Below are positions 15,483 through 24,377 of a stretch of DNA of 28,277 nucleotides, in pieces. The stretch spans positions 1-28,277 of the IMG/VR virus record IMGVR_UViG_3300045988_062674. The stretch is one strand, 5' to 3'. The stretch comes from a virus. A program made the position numbers and the translations under genes. The stretch's first letter is position 1; every line of letters begins with the position of its first letter. The notes beneath the pieces are model-generated. The model saw only the letters and a list, made by a program, of their open reading frames with translations. It had not been told where the DNA came from and searched no databases.

Positions 15483-16265
15483 ATGTATCATTTTAGATTT
15501 ACACCTGAAAATAAACTGCGTTATACGCAAAATATTATGTATTTATTAAAGGTAAGTGAGCGCCCTGTTATTCCTATGGCAGAGGAAATTGTAGAAACAT
15601 CTACACTTGGTGACGGTACAACATCGTATCGTCATACAGGTGTATATCAAGATCGCAAAATTCCTATCAAATGCAACTTTGTTTTAAATAGCAAGAAAGA
15701 ATATCTAGATCGTATCTATAAAATCCAACAATATTTTAATGGAAATAAAGGAATATTAGAATTAACTAGTGATGATAGAGAACATTATTGGAAGGTAAAA
15801 AATGTAACGTTTGATATGGATTCTAGAGATTTTGGACGAGGAAGCGAATTTACAATCACATTTATTTGTGAACCTTACAGATACGTAAATAAGTATTCAA
15901 TACCATACGATATTGTAAGTGGAAAAAAGGTAGAACTTGCGAATTATTATGAAACAGCATATCCAATCTATCGTTTATATAACACTTCCATGAATGCGAA
16001 AAACATTACGATCAATTGTAATGGAAATAATTTTACAATCACAAATCCTTTCAACGGTACATCGGATATTTCTTATGTTGAAATCAATACAGAGAATTCT
16101 TATATGAAAACATACTATAAAAATGGAACGTATAAATATGATACATTGAAAACAAGTGGATCTTTTGACGGACTTAAGTTTAATTATGGTTCAAATAATG
16201 TATTGATCACAACAGATATTGGTGCTATTCGTGCAGAAATTATACGTAATTATAGGGAGAAATAA
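15483..16265 (+). CDS. distal tail protein (Dit)
   Basis: ATG 15483 follows GGAGG (the track start at 15468 overlaps the TMP end). About 260 aa, immediately after the TMP. Siphovirus tail-family-like. Confidence 0.85.
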   Translation: MYHFRFTPENKLRYTQNIMYLLKVSERPVIPMAEEIVETSTLGDGTTSYRHTGVYQDRKIPIKCNFVLNSKKEYLDRIYKIQQYFNGNKGILELTSDDREHYWKVKNVTFDMDSRDFGRGSEFTITFICEPYRYVNKYSIPYDIVSGKKVELANYYETAYPIYRLYNTSMNAKNITINCNGNNFTITNPFNGTSDISYVEINTENSYMKTYYKNGTYKYDTLKTSGSFDGLKFNYGSNNVLITTDIGAIRAEIIRNYREK

Positions 16266-16267
16266 AG

Positions 16268-17848
16268 ATGATTCATTTATTCTTTTCTAGAAAAAAAACA
16301 ACATATGCACAAATGAAAGAACGTAATGGAGATGTAATTTTAAAACATTGTGTTAGTGCTAAAGCAGTGTTTGAAAGAAATTCTATTTGGTGCGTAGAAA
16401 TAGAATTCCCAAAAAGTGATTTGATGGGTATGGAAATCAGTGATGAATCCGTGTTTAAAGTGGATATAAATTTTGAAGAACCTCAGTTATATAGAATTGC
16501 GTATCCAAAATACAACAAACAAAGCGATACATATACTTGTTATGCAACACATGTATTCTTTGATTCTCAAAAAGAAGTCTTTGTGTTTGATTATCGTACT
16601 ATGAGTGGTACGTGGCAAGATGCAGTGAATACCGCAAATGATATTATCACAAACTCACGGCCAAATTATCCTTATAAAATTTATGGACATGGGGTATATG
16701 CAAATTATGCGAATGTTAGTGTAGAGGATGAAAAAATCGTTTATTTCCGAAATGTTCAAAATAGTGGGTATTGTTTGGATGTTCCAAGCGCAAGTGAAGA
16801 TGCATCTATACAATTACAGATGTATCAAAGAAACAGAACGTCTGCACAGACTTTCATGTTGAAAAAAGTAGGGTCAAACGAATATGGAGATATATATGGA
16901 ATTTTATCTTTATGTTCATGTAGATGGTTGAAATTGGATTCAGGAAAGGTTGTGCTAGGAAGTCTTTCCGAAAGCCCTTCAGATAATTCTGAGAAATGGT
17001 GGTTCATAAACAATGGATCTAGTTATGATATTGCTCCATATGGAAACGTAGGTTATAGCATTTATCCTAGTTCAACAAGCATTGGAAATGGAAATAAAGT
17101 TATCGTTGCAGATAAAAGTGTAGGAAATGCTTGTAAATGGATGATTGAAGATGTGGATTCTACACAAACGGCATATTGGGTTCGATATAATCTGATTCAA
17201 TGTTTGTTTGGCACAGAAGAAAATTCTATGATGAACAGATGGTCTGAATGTGAGGACAGCCGATTTGTTGCGATGTTCAATAATTATGATTGCTACTTTG
17301 GAAATTCAGATTATTATGCTTCCAATTTGAAGCCAAACGATTTCTTTATAAGTAATAAAGAAATGTCAGAATATACTCAGAAAAAATCAATGGAAAATGT
17401 AGTTACAGGAATCATACCTAAAGCGTACAATGGACGCATTTTACCAAATCACGAGATTATCAAGGCTAGTAATTGGGATACGAATGAAATTCACAGAATT
17501 GATGTGAAAGAATATTCCGATATCAAATTGATTGCGGATGATTCACAAGCAAAGAAAACAACATTGGGCGTATTTACAAATGAAGCAAACTTAAGAAACT
17601 ATCTTAGAATACAGACAAAAAAATCTTTGGAGAAAGAATTGCAAGAACCAAAAACAGAAACTTCTATTAAATTTGAAGAACTATTTTCATCTAATGTGCC
17701 TGATGCACATATGTTAAAGTTAAATGATTCGATTTATGTGGAAACTGAGTTTGGAAAACGAGAAAGGTTTTATTTAAATAAATTAACCTATAACTTGATT
17801 ACGGAACGTCCTGAAGATTTAGATCTTGTATTAGAAAGTGAGGTATAA
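16268..17848 (+). CDS. tail-associated protein Tal (gp27-like N-domain) with inserted ricin-type beta-trefoil-like lectin module
   Basis: 526 aa. The N- and C-terminal parts resemble the prophage tail endopeptidase/Tal N-domain. The central ~140 aa carry three pseudo-repeats ending in AQTFML, EKWWFI and CKWMIE (QxW-like). Confidence 0.8.
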   Translation: MIHLFFSRKKTTYAQMKERNGDVILKHCVSAKAVFERNSIWCVEIEFPKSDLMGMEISDESVFKVDINFEEPQLYRIAYPKYNKQSDTYTCYATHVFFDSQKEVFVFDYRTMSGTWQDAVNTANDIITNSRPNYPYKIYGHGVYANYANVSVEDEKIVYFRNVQNSGYCLDVPSASEDASIQLQMYQRNRTSAQTFMLKKVGSNEYGDIYGILSLCSCRWLKLDSGKVVLGSLSESPSDNSEKWWFINNGSSYDIAPYGNVGYSIYPSSTSIGNGNKVIVADKSVGNACKWMIEDVDSTQTAYWVRYNLIQCLFGTEENSMMNRWSECEDSRFVAMFNNYDCYFGNSDYYASNLKPNDFFISNKEMSEYTQKKSMENVVTGIIPKAYNGRILPNHEIIKASNWDTNEIHRIDVKEYSDIKLIADDSQAKKTTLGVFTNEANLRNYLRIQTKKSLEKELQEPKTETSIKFEELFSSNVPDAHMLKLNDSIYVETEFGKRERFYLNKLTYNLITERPEDLDLVLESEV

Positions 17849-17849
17849 C

Positions 17850-18446
17850 ATGGCGATTGTATATAGTCATTTAACTGTAAGTCTTACAAAAGAAAATTCT
17901 GATTTAATGTTGGAAATGCTTCAAGGAGATACAGGACGAGGACTTATTGTATTTGTGAGTGATGATGTGATTGTAGATGAACCGTCAGAAACTGACTCAT
18001 CGTTAACGGCTACGCTGTGGATTGAAAAACCAAGTGGATTAAATGTAAGCGTGGATGCGACTAGTGTATCACGATTTGAAAACTCGAATGCATATGAAAT
18101 TACATTTTCTGACACAGAAACGTTTGCAAATATTCTAGCAGAAGCAGGTATTGTAAGTGCTGAAATCGTATTGAGTTCAGATAATACATTTGTAACTTCA
18201 TTCACATTTAAAATTAAAGTTGTAAAGAATTTTGCGTTAGATAGTGGTATTGATTCAACAGAAAATTTTAAAAATCTGTTAGATGCGATTGCAAAGGCAC
18301 AAACAACTATTAAAACATTGGAAGGATATCAAAAACAATTTGATGATCGATTAAAGCTTACTGTAAATGTACGTAGTGGGACTACAGATCCTACTGTACA
18401 AGATGGTGATAAAGCTGGGGATATCTATATCAAATACGAGGAATAG
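17850..18446 (+). CDS. baseplate structural protein (BppU-N-like Ig domain + coiled coil)
   Basis: ATG 17850 lies 6 nt after GAGG. The LQGDTGRGLIVFV motif resembles the BppU N-terminal domain. Confidence 0.6.
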   Translation: MAIVYSHLTVSLTKENSDLMLEMLQGDTGRGLIVFVSDDVIVDEPSETDSSLTATLWIEKPSGLNVSVDATSVSRFENSNAYEITFSDTETFANILAEAGIVSAEIVLSSDNTFVTSFTFKIKVVKNFALDSGIDSTENFKNLLDAIAKAQTTIKTLEGYQKQFDDRLKLTVNVRSGTTDPTVQDGDKAGDIYIKYEE

Positions 18447-18449
18447 TGT

Positions 18450-19487
18450 ATGACTGTTTTAGCAACGTTAACCTATAATCCGTATTTAATACTTACGCTT
18501 GAATCTTACAACGAGAGATACGAAGGTTCGTATCCTAATTTAAGATTTAAAGCGGATGTAAGGTTTAGGTACACCGGAAACTTCAAAATCCAAGCAAACA
18601 ATGTTGTTACTCTTGGAGGACTTTCTAAAACTATTTCAAGGTGGGATTTAAATTATATTCAGGATTCAGGATGGTATTATCTAGGACAAATTAATGAACC
18701 TATGTACTGCAATAGACAACGGTATTTTGAATGGAATGCGAGTTGTCAAGGCTTTCCTAATTTATCGGGGAAAGCAAGATTGACTACACCATTAATTGAT
18801 TTACCATCATATGATGCATGGATATCAAGTGTTGGAAACAATGACATTTCAATTTTTGGAAAGTTGAAAACGAATCCATATAACTTATATACATTACGTT
18901 TATATTCTAATAAGGATGAACGATTTGTAAGTAATAATTTAAATGGAAATTATTCTTTTACTGGTTTTACTCAGAAAACACAATATGAATTTCATGTAGA
19001 ACCTTATATGGCAGACTGTAGCGGAAATAGATTGTCACAAACGGTATTAAAGGCCACTACATTGGAAAACTACGCTTCTGTATATGTAACTTATGTAGAT
19101 TTTGAAATTATCAAAGGTAATGGAAATACCGATGATGTGAAATTCACTGTACATACATCGGATGATGGACATGTTAAATCAGTAACATACAAAGATGGCT
19201 CAAGCCAAAATACAGTGAATTCTAGAGAATTTACGCTATCTTCTATTCCAAAAAATACAGAAAAAACGATTCAAGTACTTGTTACAGATTCGTTAGACAG
19301 AACATCTTCATGGGTGAACGTTAAATTCAATACAACGTTTACACATATGGAAGTGTGGAGGTTTGATGGAACAAGATGGAAACGTGGCTATTCATTAGCA
19401 GTTACACAGAATAGAAGTAATTATCAGTTATGTAGATTATTTGTTTTTGATGGATTGGAATGGAAAAAGGCAATTCTATATAAGTAG
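18450..19487 (+). CDS. tail/baseplate structural protein (beta-rich, Ig/FN3-like repeats)
   Basis: 345 aa, tightly packed in the tail-tip module. Beta-rich composition. No family named. Confidence 0.6.
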   Translation: MTVLATLTYNPYLILTLESYNERYEGSYPNLRFKADVRFRYTGNFKIQANNVVTLGGLSKTISRWDLNYIQDSGWYYLGQINEPMYCNRQRYFEWNASCQGFPNLSGKARLTTPLIDLPSYDAWISSVGNNDISIFGKLKTNPYNLYTLRLYSNKDERFVSNNLNGNYSFTGFTQKTQYEFHVEPYMADCSGNRLSQTVLKATTLENYASVYVTYVDFEIIKGNGNTDDVKFTVHTSDDGHVKSVTYKDGSSQNTVNSREFTLSSIPKNTEKTIQVLVTDSLDRTSSWVNVKFNTTFTHMEVWRFDGTRWKRGYSLAVTQNRSNYQLCRLFVFDGLEWKKAILYK

Positions 19488-19502
19488 AAGGGAGGAGCAC
19501 AC

Positions 19503-19796
19503 ATGGAGATAAAAAGAGATCATATCTTTATTCGTCAAGGTGATACTATCATTTCTGAAATATCTTTTAATTTCAAAAGTGGAAACACATTTATACCTGG
19601 AGAAAAAGATCAATGTTTATTTGTTATTATGAAAAATTCTAAAATGGTTAAATGTGTTGAAATTAAAGATGATTTAAAAATCAGGTGTCCTACAGATGAT
19701 TTAGAAGTTGGAACTTATTCTTGGGCTATTCGAGTAATGGCAAATGGTATTCATGATACACCATTATCTGGTACATTGATAGTAAGAGGAGGGTAG
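19503..19796 (+). CDS. small Ig-like tail-tip protein
   Basis: 97 aa, with a GGGAGG RBS. The IRQGDT... motif is related to 20716..21015 and to BppU-N-like domains. Confidence 0.55.
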   Translation: MEIKRDHIFIRQGDTIISEISFNFKSGNTFIPGEKDQCLFVIMKNSKMVKCVEIKDDLKIRCPTDDLEVGTYSWAIRVMANGIHDTPLSGTLIVRGG

Positions 19797-19798
19797 AA

Positions 19799-20707
19799 AT
19801 GGCTAAATTAAATGCAACTTTAAGCTTTGACTTAGATACATATGCAGGTGTAGATAATGAGACGCTTGTCATTGATGCACGTACTCGTGAGATTTATATT
19901 CCTGATCCTGAAAACGTATTTGGTGTTCAATACGATAAAGATTCTAAGTATATTCGGTTTAGGGTTATCAATACAGTTTCAGAAATATTTAAAATGGAAG
20001 ATGCTTTAATACGAGTTAATTATCGAGATTCAAAAAACATTATCGGGTCAAGTATAACTACAGATAAAGTTACTTACTATGATACATGTGAATTTGCCTG
20101 GATTGTACCTAATAACGCATTAAAAAATAAAGGAGATCTTTATTTTGTGGTGAGTGCGGTTATTGTCGATGACGATGGAATTATTCAAAAAAGATGGGCT
20201 ACTACACTATCAAGAGTTGTTACTCCTGAAAGTATATATTCAAAATCTGCTTCATTAGATCAAAATGAACGAGATGAGATTGCAATGCTGCTTTTATTAG
20301 TGTCCGAAAAGTGCAATCAAGCAGTGGAGGATATAAGAGAAGCACGTGATACAGGTGTAACAACGATTACAAATATCAAAGATTCAGGAATTAAAGAATT
20401 AAATGATTTGATTTCCAAGTATGGCATACGTTTTGAGGATTTAAGTGTTCTGAAATCTAGAGTAGATCAATTATTCGATTCAGGAAACTTGCCTGATGCC
20501 AATACTGAAATAACGGATATTCGTATAGGATATGACGGAACAATTTATTCAACAGCTGGAAATGCGATAAGAATACAGATTTCTAATATTATGGAAATGA
20601 TATTAGATAACCATTTTTATACACCTTTATTAATTGATATAGATTCTGAACTGATAGATGAAGAAAATAACATATTGCAAGCAGATTGGCGATATAAAGT
20701 TGAATAG
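19799..20707 (+). CDS. baseplate/fibre protein (BppU-N-like N-terminus, coiled-coil middle)
   Basis: 302 aa. GVQYDKDSKYIRFRV is BppU-N-like. The C-terminal ~45 aa are homologous to the C-terminus of 21965..22210. Confidence 0.6.
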   Translation: MAKLNATLSFDLDTYAGVDNETLVIDARTREIYIPDPENVFGVQYDKDSKYIRFRVINTVSEIFKMEDALIRVNYRDSKNIIGSSITTDKVTYYDTCEFAWIVPNNALKNKGDLYFVVSAVIVDDDGIIQKRWATTLSRVVTPESIYSKSASLDQNERDEIAMLLLLVSEKCNQAVEDIREARDTGVTTITNIKDSGIKELNDLISKYGIRFEDLSVLKSRVDQLFDSGNLPDANTEITDIRIGYDGTIYSTAGNAIRIQISNIMEMILDNHFYTPLLIDIDSELIDEENNILQADWRYKVE

Positions 20708-20715
20708 GTGAGATT

Positions 20716-21015
20716 ATGAGACAAGGAACAACACCGACAATTGTTATAAATGTTAACAATATAGATTTAAGTGAATTAAAAAGTGTTTACATTACATTTG
20801 AGCAAGATGGATTTCTTTTAAGAAAAGATATGTCTCAAATTGAAATTGAAGATGATGAAATTAGAATCACATTAACACAAGAAGAAACACTTAAATTCAA
20901 GAAAGGGATAGTTAACGTACAATTAAGAGCTATAACACAAGATGGATTAGCGATAGCAAGCTCAATAGCTACAACTACAGTACATAGAATCCTTGATAAG
21001 GAAGTGATTACATGA
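20716..21015 (+). CDS. small Ig-like tail-tip protein
   Basis: 99 aa. MRQGTTPTIVI...LTQEETLKF...VQLRA pattern is common in Firmicutes phage tail modules. Confidence 0.55.
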   Translation: MRQGTTPTIVINVNNIDLSELKSVYITFEQDGFLLRKDMSQIEIEDDEIRITLTQEETLKFKKGIVNVQLRAITQDGLAIASSIATTTVHRILDKEVIT

Positions 21016-21341
21016 TTTTAATGAATCAAGTTACGTTGGATGTTCAGGATGACTCAGAACAGATTGATATAGAAGTAGATGGAAATAGTGATGATTTGAA
21101 TTTAGAAGTCAAGGAACAATATGGAGGAGGTACATCCGATTACAACAAGCTAAAGAACAAGCCTAAATTAAACGGTAATGAAATCATTGGAGAGGTTGAA
21201 GAAATAGACCCAACAGTTCCAACATGGGCGAAAGCAGAAACAAGACCGGTATACACTCCGGAAGATGTTGGAGCTATGGCAGAAGGTTCTGTAACATCTG
21301 TATCAACAACCGAACTAGATGAGCTATGGAATAGTCTATAG
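21012..21341 (+). CDS. fibre-associated protein
   Basis: 109 aa. The DYNKLKNKPKLNG motif is typical of phage fibre proteins. The C-terminal T.ELDELW tag is shared with the next gene. Confidence 0.6.
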   Translation: MILMNQVTLDVQDDSEQIDIEVDGNSDDLNLEVKEQYGGGTSDYNKLKNKPKLNGNEIIGEVEEIDPTVPTWAKAETRPVYTPEDVGAMAEGSVTSVSTTELDELWNSL

Positions 21342-21352
21342 GAGGAAAAAGA

Positions 21353-21961
21353 ATGGCTATTGAATATTTAGATAAGAGTGGATTGACGCTCTTAATCAGT
21401 AAAATTAAATCGGCGTTAGGTGGGAAAGTTGATGTTGAAATTGGTAAAGGCTTATCAACAAATGACTACACAAGCGCAGAAAAGCAAAAATTAAGTGGTA
21501 TCGCAAGTGGTGCTCAAGTGAATGTGATTGAGTCTGTAAAGGTAAATGGTACGAAATTAACGCCAAGCTCAAAAGCCGTGGATGTTACAGTGCCGACAAA
21601 GACATCACAATTAACAAATGACAGTGGATATCAGTCGGCGACAAGCGTTGAGTCAATTATCACGGCTAAAGGGTATCAAACGCAATCACAAGTACAATCG
21701 TTGATTAATTCGGCAGTAGGTAATATTACATCTATTAGATATGAAAAGGTAACGAGCTTACCTGCTACAGGTTCAAACGGTGTGATTTATTTGGTAGCAC
21801 ATTCACATGGAACACAAGATATTTATGATGAGTATATTTGGCTATCAGAGACAAAGACATATGAAAAGATTGGTAATACAGACATTGATTTATCGGCATA
21901 TGTTAAGAAGTCAGAATTAACTGCGATTACAACAAACGATTTAAACACAATGTGGGGTTAG
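21353..21961 (+). CDS. tail fibre protein
   Basis: 202 aa, with an AGGAGG RBS. The GLSTNDYTSAEKQKLSGIASGAQVN and TSQLTNDSGY motifs are typical of Firmicutes phage fibres. Confidence 0.7.
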   Translation: MAIEYLDKSGLTLLISKIKSALGGKVDVEIGKGLSTNDYTSAEKQKLSGIASGAQVNVIESVKVNGTKLTPSSKAVDVTVPTKTSQLTNDSGYQSATSVESIITAKGYQTQSQVQSLINSAVGNITSIRYEKVTSLPATGSNGVIYLVAHSHGTQDIYDEYIWLSETKTYEKIGNTDIDLSAYVKKSELTAITTNDLNTMWG

Positions 21962-21964
21962 TAT

Positions 21965-22210
21965 ATGTCTTTCGTATTCAAAGACAAAGCTTCTATTCAG
22001 TGGCTTGTCTCGAAAATAAAGTCTGTAACCACATCACATAATGCATTGAATCAAATGGTTATGAATAACCACTTTACCACGAATTTGAACGCAACAAGTG
22101 CTCAAGATTTAGTAGATGAAAAAGGAAATACAATCCTAGCCGATTGGTCTTATGATGTCGCAAGTGGAGAAGTTGGCACGGATTGGACATATAAAGTTAA
22201 GGAGGAATAA
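21965..22210 (+). CDS. small mosaic fibre-module protein (81 aa)
   Basis: The N-terminus (KDKASIQWLVSKIKS) resembles the N-terminus of 21353..21961. The C-terminus (NNHF.T.L....DLVDE..N.ILADWSY.V) resembles the C-terminus of 19799..20707. Confidence 0.55.
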   Translation: MSFVFKDKASIQWLVSKIKSVTTSHNALNQMVMNNHFTTNLNATSAQDLVDEKGNTILADWSYDVASGEVGTDWTYKVKEE

Positions 22211-22211
22211 C

Positions 22212-23096
22212 ATGGCAGGAAAACAAGTAACAGAGTTAGACGCATTACCTAGTTTCACTGATAATAGCTTATTGCCTGTACACAATGGTGCAGGATTAAA
22301 AAAAGGTTTATTATCGCAACTAGCAAATTATTTAGGAACCAAATTCAATAATCCGAATCTATTGATTAATCCGGATTTTAAAATCAATCAAAGAGGTGCT
22401 ACAAGCTACGAACAACAAGGTTATTCAGTAGATAGATGGAAGATTTGGAATGTTACGGTTACACCAAGCACAAGTGGAGGAATCACTGTAAAGAATGACA
22501 AATACACAGATACCGGAACATTTATTCAAATTCTAGAGAATGCAACAGAGGGAGATTCTACATTATCATGCTACGTAACATCAGTAACAGGAACAGTAAC
22601 AATGTTCGCAGATGATAATACGCAAGTTGTATTGAAACAGGGGTTAAATGTAGTGCATAAAAGTAATAGCACAAAGAACTTTTCAATCTTTTTAAATAGG
22701 GGTACTAGCATCACACTTAAATGGGTAAAGTTAGAGCAAGGAAAAGTCGCAACTTCATTTATTGCTCCAAATCCGGCGGAGGAACTAGAAAAATGTCTAA
22801 GATTCAGTAGATACATACCTACCATTTACTGCGTACCATTAAGAAGATATATAGGTGATATAAGCAATGCAAGAGCTTATTATTTACCACTAGGATGTGT
22901 ATTTGAGACTAAATTAAGAGCAAAAGGAACGATTTCTTTAAAAGGAGGCGTGTTTGATAGTACAAGTTTATCTTTAGGAGATATAAAAGAAATCGATTAT
23001 AGCCCAGACGAGATAAAGCAAGTTATCATGCCACAAGAGATGACACCTTGGACACTTATTCTTAAAAAAGTATTTATTGACGCAGAAATTTATTAG
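22212..23096 (+). CDS. receptor-binding tail fibre/RBP candidate
   Basis: ATG 22212 follows AAGGAGG (the track start at 22152 overlaps the previous gene). The N-terminus MAGKQVTELDALPSFTDNSLLPVHNG..KKGLLSQLANYL is a typical fibre anchoring motif. The C-terminus is beta-rich. Confidence 0.7.
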   Translation: MAGKQVTELDALPSFTDNSLLPVHNGAGLKKGLLSQLANYLGTKFNNPNLLINPDFKINQRGATSYEQQGYSVDRWKIWNVTVTPSTSGGITVKNDKYTDTGTFIQILENATEGDSTLSCYVTSVTGTVTMFADDNTQVVLKQGLNVVHKSNSTKNFSIFLNRGTSITLKWVKLEQGKVATSFIAPNPAEELEKCLRFSRYIPTIYCVPLRRYIGDISNARAYYLPLGCVFETKLRAKGTISLKGGVFDSTSLSLGDIKEIDYSPDEIKQVIMPQEMTPWTLILKKVFIDAEIY

Positions 23097-23105
23097 GAGG
23101 AAGCT

Positions 23106-23453
23106 ATGAACGACGAATATAAAGTATACGTATCCTTACAAGATGGATACATCACATCTATTAATTCAGAAATTTTCTTATCAGAAGAAGAAATTCAAAC
23201 AATGGCAGAGATTGATAAGGGACAAGGTGATAAATACGCACACGCACAAAGTCAATATCTAGAAAAAGGATTATTTGATGAACACGGTAGATATAACTAC
23301 AAATATGTAGAAGGTAAAGTGATTGAGGTTGCAGAAGCAGACAAACCAACAATTGAAGAACCAAAAGCAGTACCAACTGAGCAAGAAAAGATTAACGCAC
23401 AATTAATGTTACAAATCGCACAGTTAAAAGCTCAGATGAATGGGGTGAAGTAG
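23106..23453 (+). CDS. XkdW-like protein
   Basis: 115 aa. Lies directly upstream of an XkdX-like gene, with a C-terminal coiled EQEKINAQLMLQIAQLKAQ. Assigned by synteny with PBSX-like modules. Confidence 0.55.
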   Translation: MNDEYKVYVSLQDGYITSINSEIFLSEEEIQTMAEIDKGQGDKYAHAQSQYLEKGLFDEHGRYNYKYVEGKVIEVAEADKPTIEEPKAVPTEQEKINAQLMLQIAQLKAQMNGVK

Positions 23454-23454
23454 T

Positions 23455-23577
23455 ATGAGTTATGAATTAATTAAATCGTATTATGAATTAGGCTTATTTA
23501 CAAAGAGTGATTTAGAAATCTTTGCTTCTATTGGTTGGATTAGTGTAGAACAAATTGATTCTATTATTAATAAATAG
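23455..23577 (+). CDS. XkdX-family small protein (40 aa), not in ORF track
   Basis: Hand translation MSYELIKSYYELGLFTKSDLEIFASIGWISVEQIDSIINK matches the XkdX pattern (Y.L.K.YY..GL.T..D...F...G.IT.EQ). GGGGTGAAG RBS. Confidence 0.75.
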   Translation: MSYELIKSYYELGLFTKSDLEIFASIGWISVEQIDSIINK

Positions 23578-23588
23578 GTGATGTTTCT

Positions 23589-23882
23589 ATGAGTGGTGAA
23601 TATCTTAGTGTTATTATTTCTGCATGCATGCTTGTAATTGCATTTATTACGTATAATCGTGGTACACGCAAGATGGATGGAGAACAAATATCCAATATGG
23701 CATTTTTGAAGAATGAATTGGAACATATCAAATCGGATTTAAGTGATATAAAGAATTCAATTTCAGAAATTAAAAAAGGAAGTAATTTAATGGAAGTGGA
23801 GCTTTCAGAACTAAAACAACAAATAAAAACTTTGTTTAATCGTGTAGAAGCGTTGGAGGAACGTAATAAAAATGGATATTAA
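23589..23882 (+). CDS. BhlA/UviB-like holin-like membrane protein (N-terminal TM + coiled coil)
   Basis: 97 aa. N-terminal TM (LSVIISACMLVIAFITY) followed by a heptad-rich helix. AGGTGA RBS. Lies just upstream of the lysis-associated genes. Confidence 0.6.
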   Translation: MSGEYLSVIISACMLVIAFITYNRGTRKMDGEQISNMAFLKNELEHIKSDLSDIKNSISEIKKGSNLMEVELSELKQQIKTLFNRVEALEERNKNGY

Positions 23883-24105
23883 AGATGCAAACAAGAAACT
23901 TCAGAATGTAGAAGAAAAAGTAGATAACATTTATGGTTTTTGTTCAAAATTAATTGATCGAAACTATAAAACAAGTAGAACGATTATTACAGTATTGGTT
24001 TTAGTGATTATTGTTCTTTATTCTACTATTGTTTGTTGTGGTTATTGGAAAGATGATCATGTGAATAATTGTTCTTGCGAAGCTAATTCAAGCCAACAAA
24101 TTTAA
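23872..24105 (+). CDS. XhlA-like membrane protein (N-terminal coiled coil + C-terminal TM)
   Basis: 77 aa. Helical N-terminus, then TM IITVLVLVIIVLYSTIVCCGYW. Architecture and position resemble PBSX XhlA. Confidence 0.55.
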   Translation: MDIKDANKKLQNVEEKVDNIYGFCSKLIDRNYKTSRTIITVLVLVIIVLYSTIVCCGYWKDDHVNNCSCEANSSQQI

Positions 24106-24113
24106 TTAAGGCG

Positions 24114-24347
24114 GTGGTTTATATTAACAAAGCTAACAGATTAAAAGAGATACGTCCTAAAGATGCATTAATACTTATCAAATCTGTTGGATTAAGAAAA
24201 AAATATGAACAGGTTTTGATTATGAGATACGTATATGACATGTCATGTACCGAAATTGCAGATGCATTATGTGTGGAAGTACAAGCCATAAGGAACAGAG
24301 TATGCAAAGCAAGAAAAATGTTCGATAAATATGTGAGCAATCTATAA
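24114..24347 (+). CDS. mini sigma-70 region-4-like HTH protein (77 aa)
   Basis: LRKKYEQVLIMRYVYDMSCTEIADALCVEVQAIRNRVCKARKMF fits the sigma70 r4/YlxM-type HTH. No region 2 is present. GTG start. Last gene before a strong terminator. Confidence 0.65.
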   Translation: MVYINKANRLKEIRPKDALILIKSVGLRKKYEQVLIMRYVYDMSCTEIADALCVEVQAIRNRVCKARKMFDKYVSNL

Positions 24348-24366
24348 TGATTGCTCATTTTATTTT
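24334..24366 (+). terminator. strong rho-independent terminator ending the structural operon
   Basis: TGAGCAATC-TATAAT-GATTGCTCA (9-bp perfect stem) followed by TTTTATTTT. Confidence 0.8.
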
Positions 24367-24377
24367 GGGTATTTTAT

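Noticed and set aside
19500-23100. Diversity-generating retroelement (template/variable repeat) in the fibre region
   Set aside because: The shared segments between fibre genes are short, diverged protein-level tags rather than near-identical DNA repeats with A-specific differences. No reverse transcriptase gene is present in the window.
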